From NCBI GenBank assembly GCA_963778655.1, contig CAVZVA010000010.1, forward strand, positions 704,001 to 768,000: a DNA stretch of 64,000 nt, given 5' to 3'. Within the stretch, counting starts at the first letter, position 1, and each line of letters opens with the position of its first letter. Positions 33,056-47,734 of this stretch are shown here, piece by piece. A program made the translations under genes and the position numbers. A model generated the notes under the pieces. That model saw nothing but the letters and a program-made list of their open reading frames with translations, did not search any database and had not been told where the DNA came from. This stretch comes from an uncultured delta proteobacterium. GTDB taxonomy: Bacteria; Myxococcota_A; Polyangia; Polyangiales; JAFGIB01.

Positions 33056-33162
33056 TCGCTCCCTCGGTCTCGGCCCGGCCTGCGGGCGGGGCGCCGTACA
33101 CTACACCAGCCGGGCGCCGGCGCAAGTCCCGGGCGTCCCGGCCGACGCGCTCCCCCGGAATC

Positions 33163-33222
33163 ACCGGAAGACGGCAGGCGGGAAGACGTTCTGTCCGACT
33201 TCCCGTCTTCTCGCCTTCCTGT
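33163..33222. repeat. Palindromic element family II, copy 1 (possible terminator role after clpB)
   Basis: ACCGGAAGACGGCAGGCGGGAAG ... CTTCCCGTCTTCTCGCCTTCCTGT. Confidence 0.6.
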
Positions 33223-33231
33223 TGCAGCTTC

Positions 33232-35859
<2,628 letters not shown>

Positions 35860-35906
35860 CGTAAAACGTGCCTCCACGGTGCAACCTAACCACCGACCGG
35901 GGGTGA

Positions 35907-37619
35907 TCAAGGGCGCGGGTCGGGCGCGCTTGCGGCGCCAGTGACCCCGCCGGGGACGCGGGCACGGGCACGCGCGGCGTCCTCGGGGTCGCCGGCGGCG
36001 TCATAATAGGCGGCGCTTGCCAGCAGGCGCGCGCGCACCAGCGCGGAGGCGCCGGGGTCCAGGCCTGCGGGGTCGAACGCGTGCAACAGCCGGTCCCAGC
36101 GCTGCCAGGCCTCGGCGGCCGCGACGCGCACGTCGCTCTTGAGCGGCGGGCTGGTCGCGACCTGCGCGTAAGGTCCGAACGGCAGCAGCGCCGCGGAGGC
36201 CCCGGGCTCGTGCGCCGGATCGAGCTCGACCAGCACGCTGCGCCGGCTCGCCAGCGCCTTGAGCTCGGTCAACGGCACCCCGCCCTGGAGCAGGTGTGCG
36301 CGCAGCAGCGGCCGCAGCTCCGGCTGCACCGCGGCCAGCGCCTCGGCCCCGGGCAGCGCCAGCGCCCATGGCTTGCGCGCCAGCACGCAGTCGGGCCTCA
36401 CCTGCTCCTCGGCACGCGCGTCGCGCAGGGCGAGCGCGAGATCGGTCTCGACCAGCACTACGCTTCGCGGCGGCAGCGCGCGCAGCAGCGCCTCCCGCAG
36501 CAGGTCGGCGCCAGCGCCGGGCTGCGCGCGCGCGCGCAGCGTGGCCGCGTGCAGCCCGGCCAGGCCGAGAGGCACCGACAGCACGCTGAGCACCAGCGCG
36601 AGCGCGCTCGACTCGCGGGTTTGCAGCAGCGCACCAAACGCCGCGGCCAGCAGCGCAAGCGCCGCGCAGCCGGCGAGCGCGGGCGCGGCCCCGGGCTGCT
36701 GGAGCAGGCGGCTGCCGAGCAGGCTCGCGGCGGCGATGGCGAGCCAGGTGCCGTGCAGGCGGCGCGCGCCGGGCCGCAGCAGCACGAGCAACAGGCCGGC
36801 CAGCAGCGCGAGCCCGAGCAGCACCGCGGGCGCATCGGCTGCGCGCGCGCCCGCATTCCAGCCCGCGGCGCCGCGCCAGGCCGAAAGCGGCAGCCTCAGC
36901 TCGGGCGCGAGCGCGGCGTGCGCGCGGCGCGCGAGCAGCCACGGCAGCAGCGCCGCGGGGACCGCAGCCGCCAGCGGCCACAGTGCGGCCGCCGCGCGCA
37001 GCTGCACGCGCAGCAGCCGCTGCAGCACGGGCGCGCAGGCCAGCAGCAGCAGCAGCGCCAGCGGCGGCTGCTCGACTAGCAGCAGCGCCCACCAGAACAC
37101 GGCCGCACGCAGCGCGGCGGGCGCGCGCCGCGGCCAGCGCGCCAGCGCCGCGCACAGCCGTTCCAGCCACAGGCAGCCGAGCGCCAGCGCGACCGCGTGC
37201 GCGTGCGGCCGCGAATCGAACAGCTGGGGCAAACCGAACGCCAACAGCGTCGCGCCGAGCGCGAGCGGAGAGGCGAGCACGGCGCGCGACAGCCCCTGCG
37301 CGCGCAGGCTGGTGTCGAGCGCGCGGTAGAGCGCCGCGGCCGCCGCAGCGTTGCAAAGACCCATCGCGAGCGCCACGCGCAGCGGCAGCGGGCCCAGCGG
37401 AAGCAGCGTACACAGCCGCGCGAGCAGCACAGCGAGCAGATGGCCGGGCGCGGCCGCCGGCTGGAGCGCGAGCGCGGCCGACAGCAGCCCGTCGCCGCCT
37501 GTTGCCGGCCCGTATGGAGATACGCATGCGAGCCACGCCAGCAAGGGCGTGAGCGCGGCGATCAGCGCGCCCAGCACCTGCGCGTCGCGTTCGGACTGCG
37601 CTTTGGCCGGCGGGCTCAT
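35907..37619 (-). CDS. Polytopic membrane protein, possibly a divergent DUF2723/GT-C-like protein
   Basis: Many hydrophobic helices; [19 protein letters not shown]...[10 protein letters not shown] resembles the DUF2723 N-terminus; start uncertain. Confidence 0.5.
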   Translation of the reverse strand: MSPPAKAQSERDAQVLGALIAALTPLLAWLACVSPYGPATGGDGLLSAALALQPAAAPGHLLAVLLARLCTLLPLGPLPLRVALAMGLCNAAAAAALYRALDTSLRAQGLSRAVLASPLALGATLLAFGLPQLFDSRPHAHAVALALGCLWLERLCAALARWPRRAPAALRAAVFWWALLLVEQPPLALLLLLACAPVLQRLLRVQLRAAAALWPLAAAVPAALLPWLLARRAHAALAPELRLPLSAWRGAAGWNAGARAADAPAVLLGLALLAGLLLVLLRPGARRLHGTWLAIAAASLLGSRLLQQPGAAPALAGCAALALLAAAFGALLQTRESSALALVLSVLSVPLGLAGLHAATLRARAQPGAGADLLREALLRALPPRSVVLVETDLALALRDARAEEQVRPDCVLARKPWALALPGAEALAAVQPELRPLLRAHLLQGGVPLTELKALASRRSVLVELDPAHEPGASAALLPFGPYAQVATSPPLKSDVRVAAAEAWQRWDRLLHAFDPAGLDPGASALVRARLLASAAYYDAAGDPEDAARARARVPGGVTGAASAPDPRP

Positions 37620-37863
37620 GGCGCCGCAGCCTATAGCAAATCGCGGCACCCTTGCGCGCGCAGGCCGCGGCGGCCATCGGCCCGCCAGCCCGGCACAGAC
37701 CGATGTGCGGATTCGAGGGCCGGCGTTCGATGCCGCCGTTACTGCCACGCCGCCTCGGCGAGCTCCGCCGCCGGCTCACGCGGCCCGATCGCTTCGACGC
37801 CGGTACCGAACGCCGGGCGCGCACGCATCGAAGGCACGCTCGGCGCGATCATGCGCTGCGAGC

Positions 37864-38730
37864 TCAGTGCGAGCGCGCGTCGGGCCGAGCGTCCGCATCC
37901 GCGCTGCACACGAACAGCGCCGTATCGAGCACGTACAGGGGCGTGGTGGCGTCGCCGCGGCACAGGTAGGGCGCGCGGCTCAGCTGCAGCACGCGCAGGC
38001 CCGCAGGCGCGAGCAGCCCGCGCGCGATGCCGGCGGCGCCGGCCTCCCAGCTCGGTGCGGCCGGCGGCAGTGGCTCGTCGGGGTCGCTGGTGCTCGCGCC
38101 GCGCTGCACGTGCGGTGACAGCGGCAGCGGAACCGAGAGCAGCAGCCGGGCTCCGGGCGCCAGCGCCGCGCGCAGGTGGCGCAGCAGCGTGCGCGGGCGC
38201 GTGCAGCGGTCGAGCACATTGAGGCAGAGCATGGCGTGCGCGCGCAGCGCGGGCGGCGGCGGCTGCTGTGCGAGGTCGAGCGGCAGCACGCGAAAGCCGC
38301 GGGCGCGCAGCCGCTGCCGCATCACGGCCGAGGCCTCGGTCACCAGCACCTGGTCGAAACGCGGCGCGGCCAGCGCGGTGATGTCGCCATTGCCTGCGCC
38401 CACGTCGAGCAGCCGCCACGGCCGAGGTCCCGGCGGTGCGCCCAGCAGCGGCTCGAGCTGCTGCGCGCTGAGCAGGTGCATCGGATACATGCGCAACAGG
38501 CCGTAGGCGTCGTAGTCCGAGAGCGCGCGCCGCAACAACGCATAGAGCGCGGTCTTGACACGGCCGTGCGGCGCCGCGCGCGCCTGCGCGACGAAACGCT
38601 GTGCGGCGGCGTCGTGCGCCAGCGCCACGAAGGCAGCGGCCAGCTCGGGCGGCAGCGCGCCCTTGGCGCAGTCGTAGCGCAGCGCCAGCTCGTGAAGGCC
38701 GTGCTCGGCCTCGCCCCGTCCGTTGCTCAC
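37864..38730 (-). CDS. METTL9/DREV-like SAM-dependent methyltransferase
   Basis: LLDVGAGNGDIT, VTEAS..M...L, CLNVLDRC.RP.TLL, PLP..PHV, RAPYLCRGD...YVLDTALFV. Confidence 0.85.
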   Translation of the reverse strand: MSNGRGEAEHGLHELALRYDCAKGALPPELAAAFVALAHDAAAQRFVAQARAAPHGRVKTALYALLRRALSDYDAYGLLRMYPMHLLSAQQLEPLLGAPPGPRPWRLLDVGAGNGDITALAAPRFDQVLVTEASAVMRQRLRARGFRVLPLDLAQQPPPPALRAHAMLCLNVLDRCTRPRTLLRHLRAALAPGARLLLSVPLPLSPHVQRGASTSDPDEPLPPAAPSWEAGAAGIARGLLAPAGLRVLQLSRAPYLCRGDATTPLYVLDTALFVCSADADARPDARSH

Positions 38731-38842
38731 CTTTCGCCCGCAGACCAATCGATGCGCTGGAACAGGAGGATAGACGCTGCGTACGTGCAGGATTCACCCG
38801 CGCGTTGTGTGCGTCGCGAGCGAAGCTTGGCCTCGAGCGCGC

Positions 38843-39112
38843 TCATGCCGTGTGCATGATCGGGTGCAGGCGGGTGCGGGCGGGCGTGTGGCGGCCGGCG
38901 GGGGGCAGGCTGCGCCGCTCGCCGGGGTGGCGCGCGATCAGGCTCTCGAGCGCGCCCATGGCGAGCAGGGGCAGCGCCAGCGCGAGCGGGGTCAGGTCGG
39001 CGCTGTCGCCGCGATACAGCGCCGCGGCCAGCAGCACGAGCGCCAGGGGCGCGACCAGCAGAGCGACGGCGGCTGCGCGGATCGACCGGGTCGGGGGGTT
39101 GAGGTGGCTCAT
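38843..39112 (-). CDS. Small (89 aa) two-TM hypothetical membrane protein
   Basis: AAGGAG RBS 7 nt before ATG; two hydrophobic segments; divergent from TetR behind two operators. Confidence 0.6.
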   Translation of the reverse strand: MSHLNPPTRSIRAAAVALLVAPLALVLLAAALYRGDSADLTPLALALPLLAMGALESLIARHPGERRSLPPAGRHTPARTRLHPIMHTA

Positions 39113-39157
39113 GACCGTTCTCCTTGTGCCGGCTCCCGGGGCTCGATCCGGAAGCGA

Positions 39158-39195
39158 TAGACACTGTCTAGCTCGCGGACTTGACAGTGTCAAGT
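39158..39195. promoter_or_regulatory. Two palindromic operators, probably for the adjacent TetR
   Basis: TAGACA-C-TGTCTA (39158-39170) and ACTTGACA-G-TGTCAAGT (39179-39195). Confidence 0.8.
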
Positions 39196-39215
39196 AGCTC
39201 CTGCAAGCTTTTGGG

Positions 39216-39935
39216 GTGACCCCGAAGCGCAAGCCCCAAACCAACCCTTCCCGCGCCGCCCGTGGTGCGCTTGCGTCCAGAGCCCAGCCCGCGGCGTCCG
39301 ACCTGCGCGCGCGCATCCTGCAGGCCAGCGTGGCGCTGATCGAAGGCGAGGGGCTGGGCGCGCTCAGCATGCGCGAGGTCGCGCGCCGCGCCGGGGTGAG
39401 CCACCAGGCGCCCTACCACCACTTCGCCGACCGCGAGGCGATTCTCGGCGCGATCGCCGAGGAAGGCTTTCGCGTGTTGCGTGCCGCGCTCGAGCGTGCG
39501 GTGGCGCGCGACGGCGGCCGGCGCTCGGCTGCAGACTGCCTGGCCGCGTGCGGGCAGGCATACGTCGAGTTCGCCTGCGCGCACCCGGCGCACTTCCGGG
39601 TGATGTTCCGGCCGGAGCTGGTGAACCTCGAGAACTGCCCTGGCGCGCGCGCCGAGGGCGACGGCGCGTTCGGCTGTCTGACCAGGATGGTGCACGCGGC
39701 CGTCGAGCAAGGCCTGCCCGCCGAGCCGTCCGAGGATGCGCTGATCGTGCTGGCCTGGTCGGTGGCGCACGGGCTGGCGTGCCTGATCCTCGACGGCCCG
39801 CTGGCCAAGAAGCTGCCGGGCGCCGAGCGCGGCGCTCAGATCCGTGGGGTCACCGGCGCGTTCGGCGCGATGCTGGCGGCCAGGATGGGCGATGCGCAGC
39901 CCTCGCCGGCACGGCGCGGGGCGCGCAAGGCTTAG
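39216..39935 (+). CDS. TetR/AcrR regulator (WHG-type C-terminal domain)
   Basis: LSMREVARRAGVSHQAPYHHF; AWSVAHG. Confidence 0.93.
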   Translation: MTPKRKPQTNPSRAARGALASRAQPAASDLRARILQASVALIEGEGLGALSMREVARRAGVSHQAPYHHFADREAILGAIAEEGFRVLRAALERAVARDGGRRSAADCLAACGQAYVEFACAHPAHFRVMFRPELVNLENCPGARAEGDGAFGCLTRMVHAAVEQGLPAEPSEDALIVLAWSVAHGLACLILDGPLAKKLPGAERGAQIRGVTGAFGAMLAARMGDAQPSPARRGARKA

Positions 39936-40087
39936 GACCCGGGCGCAAATGACCTGCTCGAGTGCTGGGCTGGCCGCGCCACGGCGCGGAGCAATGCGGG
40001 CGCGCTGGGCGGGCTGTATCCGCACAGCGCGCGCAGCGAGCGCCGCGAGCCTGGCTCGTGCGCGGCGGCCGCGCTAGCGTGCGGCCC

Positions 40088-41992
40088 ATGTGGCAGGCGG
40101 GGCCGTTGCCGGAGGATGACGGCGCGCTGGTGCGCGCGTTGCAGCACGCCAACTTGCCTACGCTGCTGATGGTGATGGTCCAGCTCACCGGCGATCGCGC
40201 GCTGATGCGCGGCGCGATCCGGCCGCGGCGCGCCACGCCGCAGCGTCCCGGCGGCGGGCTCGACCAGGCCCAAGCCCAGGCGATCCGCGCTCAGGCGCTG
40301 CAGCTGCTGCGCGAGCTGCGCGAGGGCCGGCGCGTGTTGCCGCCGCCACCCGAGCCGAGCTTGCTGCACGAGATGATGCGCTTCTCGCTTGGGCAGGAGG
40401 TGCCGGCCGAATACGTGCCCATGATGATGCAGGACCTGGGCTGGCAGCCGGCCGCCGCGATCGAGCCGCTGCCCGCGGCGCGCGCGCGCGACTTCCATGT
40501 GCTGGTGATCGGCGCCGGGATGAGCGGCATCCTGGCGGCGCTGCAGCTGCAGCAGCTGGGCGTGCGCTACACCGTGATCGAGAAGAACCCGGAGGTGGGC
40601 GGTACCTGGCACGAGAACCGCTACCCCGGCTGTCGCGTCGACCTGCCCAGCCACTTCTACTGCTATTCGTTCGCGCCCAACCCCGACTGGTCCGCGTGCT
40701 TCGCGCCGCAGGACGAGCTGGCGGCGTATTTTCGCGGTATCGCCGAGCGATCGGGCGTGCGCGAGGCGATCCGCTTCGGCAGCGAGGTGCGGCAAGCGCG
40801 CTGGGAGCCGGACGCGGCCTGCTGGCAGGTCACGCTGCGCGGGCCCGACGGCCGCGAGCAGCAGATGCGCGCGCACGCCATCGTCAGCGCGGTGGGGCAG
40901 CTCAACCGTCCCGCCATCCCGGCGATAGCGGGCCTCTCCGATTTCGGCGGGCCGGTCTTCCACACCGCCGCCTGGCAGCGCGACGTCGCGCTCTCAGGCA
41001 AGCGCGTGGGCGTGATCGGCACCGGCGCGAGCGCGATGCAGGTCGTGCCCCGCATCGCGCCCGAGGTCGAGCGCTTGAGCATCTTCCAGCGCTCGCCGCA
41101 GTGGGCCGTGCCCAACCCCGACTACCTCCGCGCCATCGACGAGGGCGAGAAGTGGCTGCTGCGGCACGTGCCCTACTACGCGGCCTTCTATCGCTTGCGC
41201 CTGTTCTACGTGTACGGCGACGGCGTGCACGAAAGCCTCCAGGTCGATCCCGCGTGGCCGCATCCGGAGCGAGCGCTCAACGCTGCCAACGATCGCGTCC
41301 GCGAGCAGCTCACCGCCTACATCGAGCACGAGCTGGGCGCGCGCCGCGATCTGCTGCCCAAGGCGCTGCCCGGCTATCCGCCCTTTGCCAAGCGCATGTT
41401 GCTCGACAACCACTGGTTTCGCACGCTCACCCGCGACAACGTCGAGCTGGTCACCGGCGCGATCGAGCGCGTCGTGCCCGGCGCGGTGGTGACGGGCGAC
41501 GGCAGCCGCCGCGAGCTCGACGTGCTGGTGCTGGCCACCGGGTTTCAAGCCAATCGCTTTCTGTGGCCGATGCTGCTGCGCGGCAGCAGCGGCGAGCTGC
41601 TGAGCGAGCGCTGGGGCGACGATCCGCGCGCCTACCTCGGCATCACCGTGCCAGGTTTTCCAAACCTGTTCATGCTCTACGGCCCCAACACCAACCTCGC
41701 GCACGGCGGCAGCATCATCTTCCACAGCGAGTGCCAGATGCGTTACATCCGCGGCTGCCTCGAGCTGCTGCTGCGCGGCGGCCACGCGGCGATGGACTGC
41801 AAGCAAGCCGTGCACGACGCCTACAACGCGCGCGTCGACGCCCTGCACGCGCGCATGGTCTGGACCCACCCGCAGGTGAGCAACTGGTACCGCAACGCGC
41901 GCGGCCGCGTCACCACCAACTCCCCGTTCCGCCTGGTCGACTACTGGGAGCTCACCTCCGAGGTGAGCCCCGCCGACTACGTGCTCACGTAG
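40088..41992 (+). CDS. Baeyer-Villiger flavin monooxygenase with N-terminal extension (HapE-like architecture)
   Basis: GAGMSG, GGTWHENRYPG, FHTAAW, GTGASA, ATGF, FPNLFMLYGPN. Confidence 0.9.
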   Translation: MWQAGPLPEDDGALVRALQHANLPTLLMVMVQLTGDRALMRGAIRPRRATPQRPGGGLDQAQAQAIRAQALQLLRELREGRRVLPPPPEPSLLHEMMRFSLGQEVPAEYVPMMMQDLGWQPAAAIEPLPAARARDFHVLVIGAGMSGILAALQLQQLGVRYTVIEKNPEVGGTWHENRYPGCRVDLPSHFYCYSFAPNPDWSACFAPQDELAAYFRGIAERSGVREAIRFGSEVRQARWEPDAACWQVTLRGPDGREQQMRAHAIVSAVGQLNRPAIPAIAGLSDFGGPVFHTAAWQRDVALSGKRVGVIGTGASAMQVVPRIAPEVERLSIFQRSPQWAVPNPDYLRAIDEGEKWLLRHVPYYAAFYRLRLFYVYGDGVHESLQVDPAWPHPERALNAANDRVREQLTAYIEHELGARRDLLPKALPGYPPFAKRMLLDNHWFRTLTRDNVELVTGAIERVVPGAVVTGDGSRRELDVLVLATGFQANRFLWPMLLRGSSGELLSERWGDDPRAYLGITVPGFPNLFMLYGPNTNLAHGGSIIFHSECQMRYIRGCLELLLRGGHAAMDCKQAVHDAYNARVDALHARMVWTHPQVSNWYRNARGRVTTNSPFRLVDYWELTSEVSPADYVLT

Positions 41993-42035
41993 CCTTGCGG
42001 TTTTCCGCGCGCCGCCGAGGTGCTATCGGGTCGCC

Positions 42036-42629
42036 ATGGCGTCTTCTTGGCTCGAGCGTGCGTCCGTTGCGACGGAGCTGCCGCTGCTCGGCGTGCTCGC
42101 GGGCGGCCGGGGGCGGCGCATGGGCGGGCGCGACAAGGCGCGGTTGCAGGCGCCGGGGGGGATGGAGACGCTGGTCGGGCGCTTGCTGCGACTCGGGCGC
42201 GAGCAGGGCTTGCCCTGCGTGGGGGTCGGCGGCGATGCGCTGCCCGGGGTGGCGTGGATCGCGGACGAGCCGGCGGGGGTGGGGCCGATCGGGGGGCTGT
42301 GCGCATTGCTGGCGCACGCGGGTAGCCGGCCGGCGCTCGCGCTCGCGTGCGACCTGCCGTTCGTGACCAGCGAGCTGATCGGGCGGCTCGCGCGCGAGGC
42401 CTGCGCGGCCGCGGTGCTGGCGCCGCGCGATCCGGTCACGGGCAAGTGGGAGCCGCTATTCGCGCGCTACGATGCGCCGCGCGTGCTGCCGCCGCTGCGC
42501 GCGGCGATCGCGGCCGGCACGCGCTCGTTTCAAACCTTCTTGCGGGAGCTCGAGGTGGCCGAGCTGGTGCTTTCGGTCGAGCAGCGGGCGTTGCTGCGCG
42601 ACTGGGACGAGCCGGGGGACGTGGGGTGA
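42036..42629 (+). CDS. mobA: Molybdenum cofactor guanylyltransferase-like
   Basis: LAGGRGRRMG.DKA, GPIGG, ACDLP, EPLFARY. Confidence 0.85.
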   Translation: MASSWLERASVATELPLLGVLAGGRGRRMGGRDKARLQAPGGMETLVGRLLRLGREQGLPCVGVGGDALPGVAWIADEPAGVGPIGGLCALLAHAGSRPALALACDLPFVTSELIGRLAREACAAAVLAPRDPVTGKWEPLFARYDAPRVLPPLRAAIAAGTRSFQTFLRELEVAELVLSVEQRALLRDWDEPGDVG

Positions 42630-42684
42630 GGGGGACCGCGGGGCCGGCCACGACCACGACCACGCGTGGGGGGGCGGTCCGCCG

Positions 42685-44535
<1,851 letters not shown>

Positions 44536-44844
44536 GATGTCCTCTCTGGAAACAGGGGCCGTTACCCCGCCCCCCTCATCAGATCCCCGGCCCGCAAAGT
44601 CAACTGTCGGGGCGGCTGCCGGACGCGGGGGTGGCGCGGGCACAGGGGGAAGCGCGACCACGTCCATGACTGCGACTTGGGTGAGGATTCAAAGAGTGGG
44701 TGGTTTCGGGGTGGATGTGCAAAGCTTGACCGGGTCCCGGGTGTAGGTCGGCTGGGTTGACCTGCAGCGAGCCCTGCGGCGAGAATGCAAGGGCCGGACG
44801 CGCCCGGCGTGCGCTGCTGCACGTCCTGGAACAAGGGGTAGTCG

Positions 44845-45393
44845 ATGGCTGCTCAGGAAGAGATCACGTGTCCGATGTGCGGGTTCAAGAACCCCGCCGA
44901 CCAGGAGCGCTGCCGTTCCTGCGGCGCCAAGGTTGAGATCCTCGCCGCCAGCTACACCGCCGAAGAGGAATACGCGCGCCGCTACCAGCAAGAGGACTTC
45001 GAGTGGAAGTGGGCGCTGATCGGCGCCGGGCTGTTCACCGGCTTGCAGCTCCTGGCGCTGGCGCTGCTGCCGTTGTTGATCGGGAGCTTCGACCCGCAGG
45101 GCCTGGCTGGGCTGTTGCTCAGCGTGCCGATCTTCTTCCTCGGGGGCATCGCGCTGGGCATCGTCTCGCCCGGCAAGACCTTCGTCGAGCCGGCGGTCGG
45201 CGCGATGCTCGCTGCGGTGCCGACCCTGGCGATCGTGTCGTGGCGCACGCCTGGCGGGTTTCAGCCTACGCTGCTGGCCTATATCGTGTGCGCGATCATG
45301 GGCGTGATGACCGCGCTGTTCGGCGCCTTCGTGGGCGAGCGCTGGCAGATGGGCACCGCCAAGACGCACCACCACCACTCCAAGTCGCGCTGA
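44845..45393 (+). CDS. Zinc-ribbon membrane protein
   Basis: CPMC...CRSC N-terminus, four TM segments, HHHH near the C-terminus. Confidence 0.75.
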   Translation: MAAQEEITCPMCGFKNPADQERCRSCGAKVEILAASYTAEEEYARRYQQEDFEWKWALIGAGLFTGLQLLALALLPLLIGSFDPQGLAGLLLSVPIFFLGGIALGIVSPGKTFVEPAVGAMLAAVPTLAIVSWRTPGGFQPTLLAYIVCAIMGVMTALFGAFVGERWQMGTAKTHHHHSKSR

Positions 45394-45424
45394 GCGCGGC
45401 GCCGTGCCGAGTTGCACGAGCAGT

Positions 45425-45486
45425 CCCGAGCGAAGCGAGGCTCGCGGGAGGCTGGGGCGAGAGGGTCGCGTGACCCTCCCGTGACT
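45425..45486 (-). repeat. REP-like family I, copy C
   Basis: Minus strand CGGGAGGGTC-ACGC-GACCCTCTCGCCCCA...CTCGCTTCGCTCG. Confidence 0.8.
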
Positions 45487-45522
45487 TAGCGCCCGTCCGG
45501 AAGTGGCGCTTCAAAGCATTCA

Positions 45523-45578
45523 ACAGGAACGCGGCAAGGCGAGAAGAACAACATACTCCGGGCTTCCCGCCTTCCTGT
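45523..45578. repeat. Palindromic element family II, copy 2
   Basis: ACAGGAACGCGGCAAGGCGAGAAG ... CTTCCCGCCTTCCTGT. Confidence 0.6.
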
Positions 45579-45617
45579 GGTCTCTGGCCCCAGGGTCACT
45601 TCGTTTCTGGACGAGAG

Positions 45618-45929
<312 letters not shown>

Positions 45930-45992
45930 CTATCTCTCTGAAACGTCCTACAAAAGCCCGCCGGGGGCCGCCCCTTGCGGGTGTGCGGCGGA

Positions 45993-46021
45993 GGTATAGT
46001 GCCCGCCCCGGGCAGCGTCAA
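45993..46021 (-). promoter_or_regulatory. Sigma70-like promoter for the ferredoxin gene
   Basis: TTGACG-17 nt-TATACC on the minus strand. Confidence 0.55.
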
Positions 46022-46211
46022 CACACCGGCGGCGCGTACGCCGCGGGCCGCCGCTGGCTTTTGACCCGCCGTGCGGGCTGCTGATACGCTCGCCGAGCGG
46101 CCGCAAGCACTGCGATTTCAGTGCGTGCCACCGCATGGTGACAGGCGAGAGCGTGCGGACCGGCCCCCCGGGCCGCGGGACGGTCGCCGACAAGGGACGG
46201 GCCTCACCCCG

Positions 46212-46982
46212 ATGGATCTCAAGGTTCTCGGTTGCCACGGCGGGGAGTCCCCAAAGCATCAGTGCCCGGCCTTCATGTTGGACGGTCGGGTGTGCCTGGA
46301 CGCCGGCTCGATCACCAACATGCTGACGCTCAAGGAGCAGCAGCGGGTCGAGGCCGTGGTGGTTAGCCACGCGCACATCGACCACGTCCGCGATCTGGCG
46401 ATGCTCGCCGACACCCGCACACAGCAGGGCGGGCCGCCGCTGACGATCGCGTCCACGCCGGGCACGATCCGGGTGCTCAAGCGCCACTTCTTCAACGACC
46501 TGCTGTGGCCCGACTTCAGCCGCATCCCCGAGCAGAACGGCGCGACCATCATCTTCCAGCCGCTGCGCGCCGGCAAGGCGACCGAAGTGGCTGGCTTGCA
46601 GGTGGAGCCGGTGCTGGTCGACCACACCGTCGAGGCCTCCGCGTATCTGATCGGGGACGGTGAGGCCACGCTCGCGTACAGCGGCGACACCGGCCCGACC
46701 GAGCGGCTGTGGCAGGTGCTGCGCAGGCAGCGCAAGCTGAGCGCGCTCATCATGGAAGTGGCGTTTCCCAACGAGCAGCAGAAGGTGGCGCGCGATTCGG
46801 GGCACCACACGCCGCACAGCCTCGAGCTCGAGCTGCGCAAGCTCGGCGCACACCAGCGCGATCTCCCGGTGCTGCTGTTCCACATCAAGCCGGTGTTCCA
46901 GCGTACGGTCGAGCGTGAGCTGGCGAAGATCCGCACCCGCAACACCACCATCCTGCAGATCGGCGACGAGTACGTCTTGTAG
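46212..46982 (+). CDS. Metallo-beta-lactamase-fold 3',5'-cyclic nucleotide phosphodiesterase-like
   Basis: KVLGCHGG, LDAG, SHAHIDH, FNDLLWPDF, YSGDTGP. Confidence 0.85.
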   Translation: MDLKVLGCHGGESPKHQCPAFMLDGRVCLDAGSITNMLTLKEQQRVEAVVVSHAHIDHVRDLAMLADTRTQQGGPPLTIASTPGTIRVLKRHFFNDLLWPDFSRIPEQNGATIIFQPLRAGKATEVAGLQVEPVLVDHTVEASAYLIGDGEATLAYSGDTGPTERLWQVLRRQRKLSALIMEVAFPNEQQKVARDSGHHTPHSLELELRKLGAHQRDLPVLLFHIKPVFQRTVERELAKIRTRNTTILQIGDEYVL

Positions 46983-47029
46983 CGTGTGCTGGCCTGCGTG
47001 CGGCGGGCCCCGGGTGTAGGCTGTGGCGC

Positions 47030-47269
47030 GTGACGCGCGACGCTGCGATCTTTCTCGCGCTCGTGATCGTAGGCGCGGGCTGGCTGCTCGTGCACCTGTT
47101 GCTGCTGTTGCGGATCGCGCGCGCGCGGCAGGTCGGCTGGCCGCTACGGTTGCTCGCCGTGCTGCCGCCGGCCACCCCGATCGTGGGCTTCGTGGCGCGC
47201 GCGCGCGGGCTCAGCCTGCTGTGGGCGCTGCAGGGCCTCGGCTACCTCGTGCTGCGCAGCCTGAGTTGA
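47030..47269 (+). CDS. Small hypothetical membrane protein
   Basis: 79 aa, three hydrophobic segments, fills the intergenic space. Confidence 0.5.
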   Translation: MTRDAAIFLALVIVGAGWLLVHLLLLLRIARARQVGWPLRLLAVLPPATPIVGFVARARGLSLLWALQGLGYLVLRSLS

Positions 47270-47278
47270 GCGCGCGCG

Positions 47279-47683
47279 TCATTCTAGAAAGCGCGCGCTC
47301 AGCTCGGGCGTGGGCACGCGGCACTGCGCCGCCCTGCCGAACAGGCGGTAGCGGTTGCGCGCGAAGGCGCGGTAGAGCGGGTCGCGCAACGCACGCGGCA
47401 AGAGCAGCAGCGGCGCCAGCAGTGTGAACGCGCCGCCCAGCAGCAGCGCGGTGCGCAGCACGCCCTCGCTGTCGAGATAGGCCTTGCCGCCGTCGAGTAG
47501 CACCATGGTGCTGAGCGGCAGCTCGCCCAGATCGTGCGCGCGCAGCAAGGCCTGACCGGCCTCCGACTGCAGCGCGGCGAAGCGGAAACGCGCGTCGGGG
47601 TCGTGGTCGATGACGAAGTTGACGCTGGCGTTGCAGAAGTTGCACACCCCGTCGAACAGCAGAATCGGCCCGCGCGCATCCAT
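47279..47683 (-). CDS. DCC-family (DUF393) thiol-disulfide oxidoreductase
   Basis: LLFDGVCNFC, FAALQS, ARNRYRLFG. Confidence 0.92.
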   Translation of the reverse strand: MDARGPILLFDGVCNFCNASVNFVIDHDPDARFRFAALQSEAGQALLRAHDLGELPLSTMVLLDGGKAYLDSEGVLRTALLLGGAFTLLAPLLLLPRALRDPLYRAFARNRYRLFGRAAQCRVPTPELSARFLE

Positions 47684-47734
47684 CCGATCCTCTCCTCCAG
47701 CTAGGGTCCTGCGCCCCGTGCGTCAAGCGGCGTG

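Noticed and set aside
37739..37852. Another bridging mini-ORF after the METTL9-like gene
   Set aside because: Coupling depends on an uncertain upstream GTG start (37748) for the next gene
42647..42665. CCACGA x3 microsatellite
   Set aside because: Too short to interpret; lies between convergent genes
45493..45615. 6S RNA or other ncRNA (long imperfect rod)
   Set aside because: Too short, and the inner stem is better explained as a copy of palindrome family II; an Rfam search would settle it
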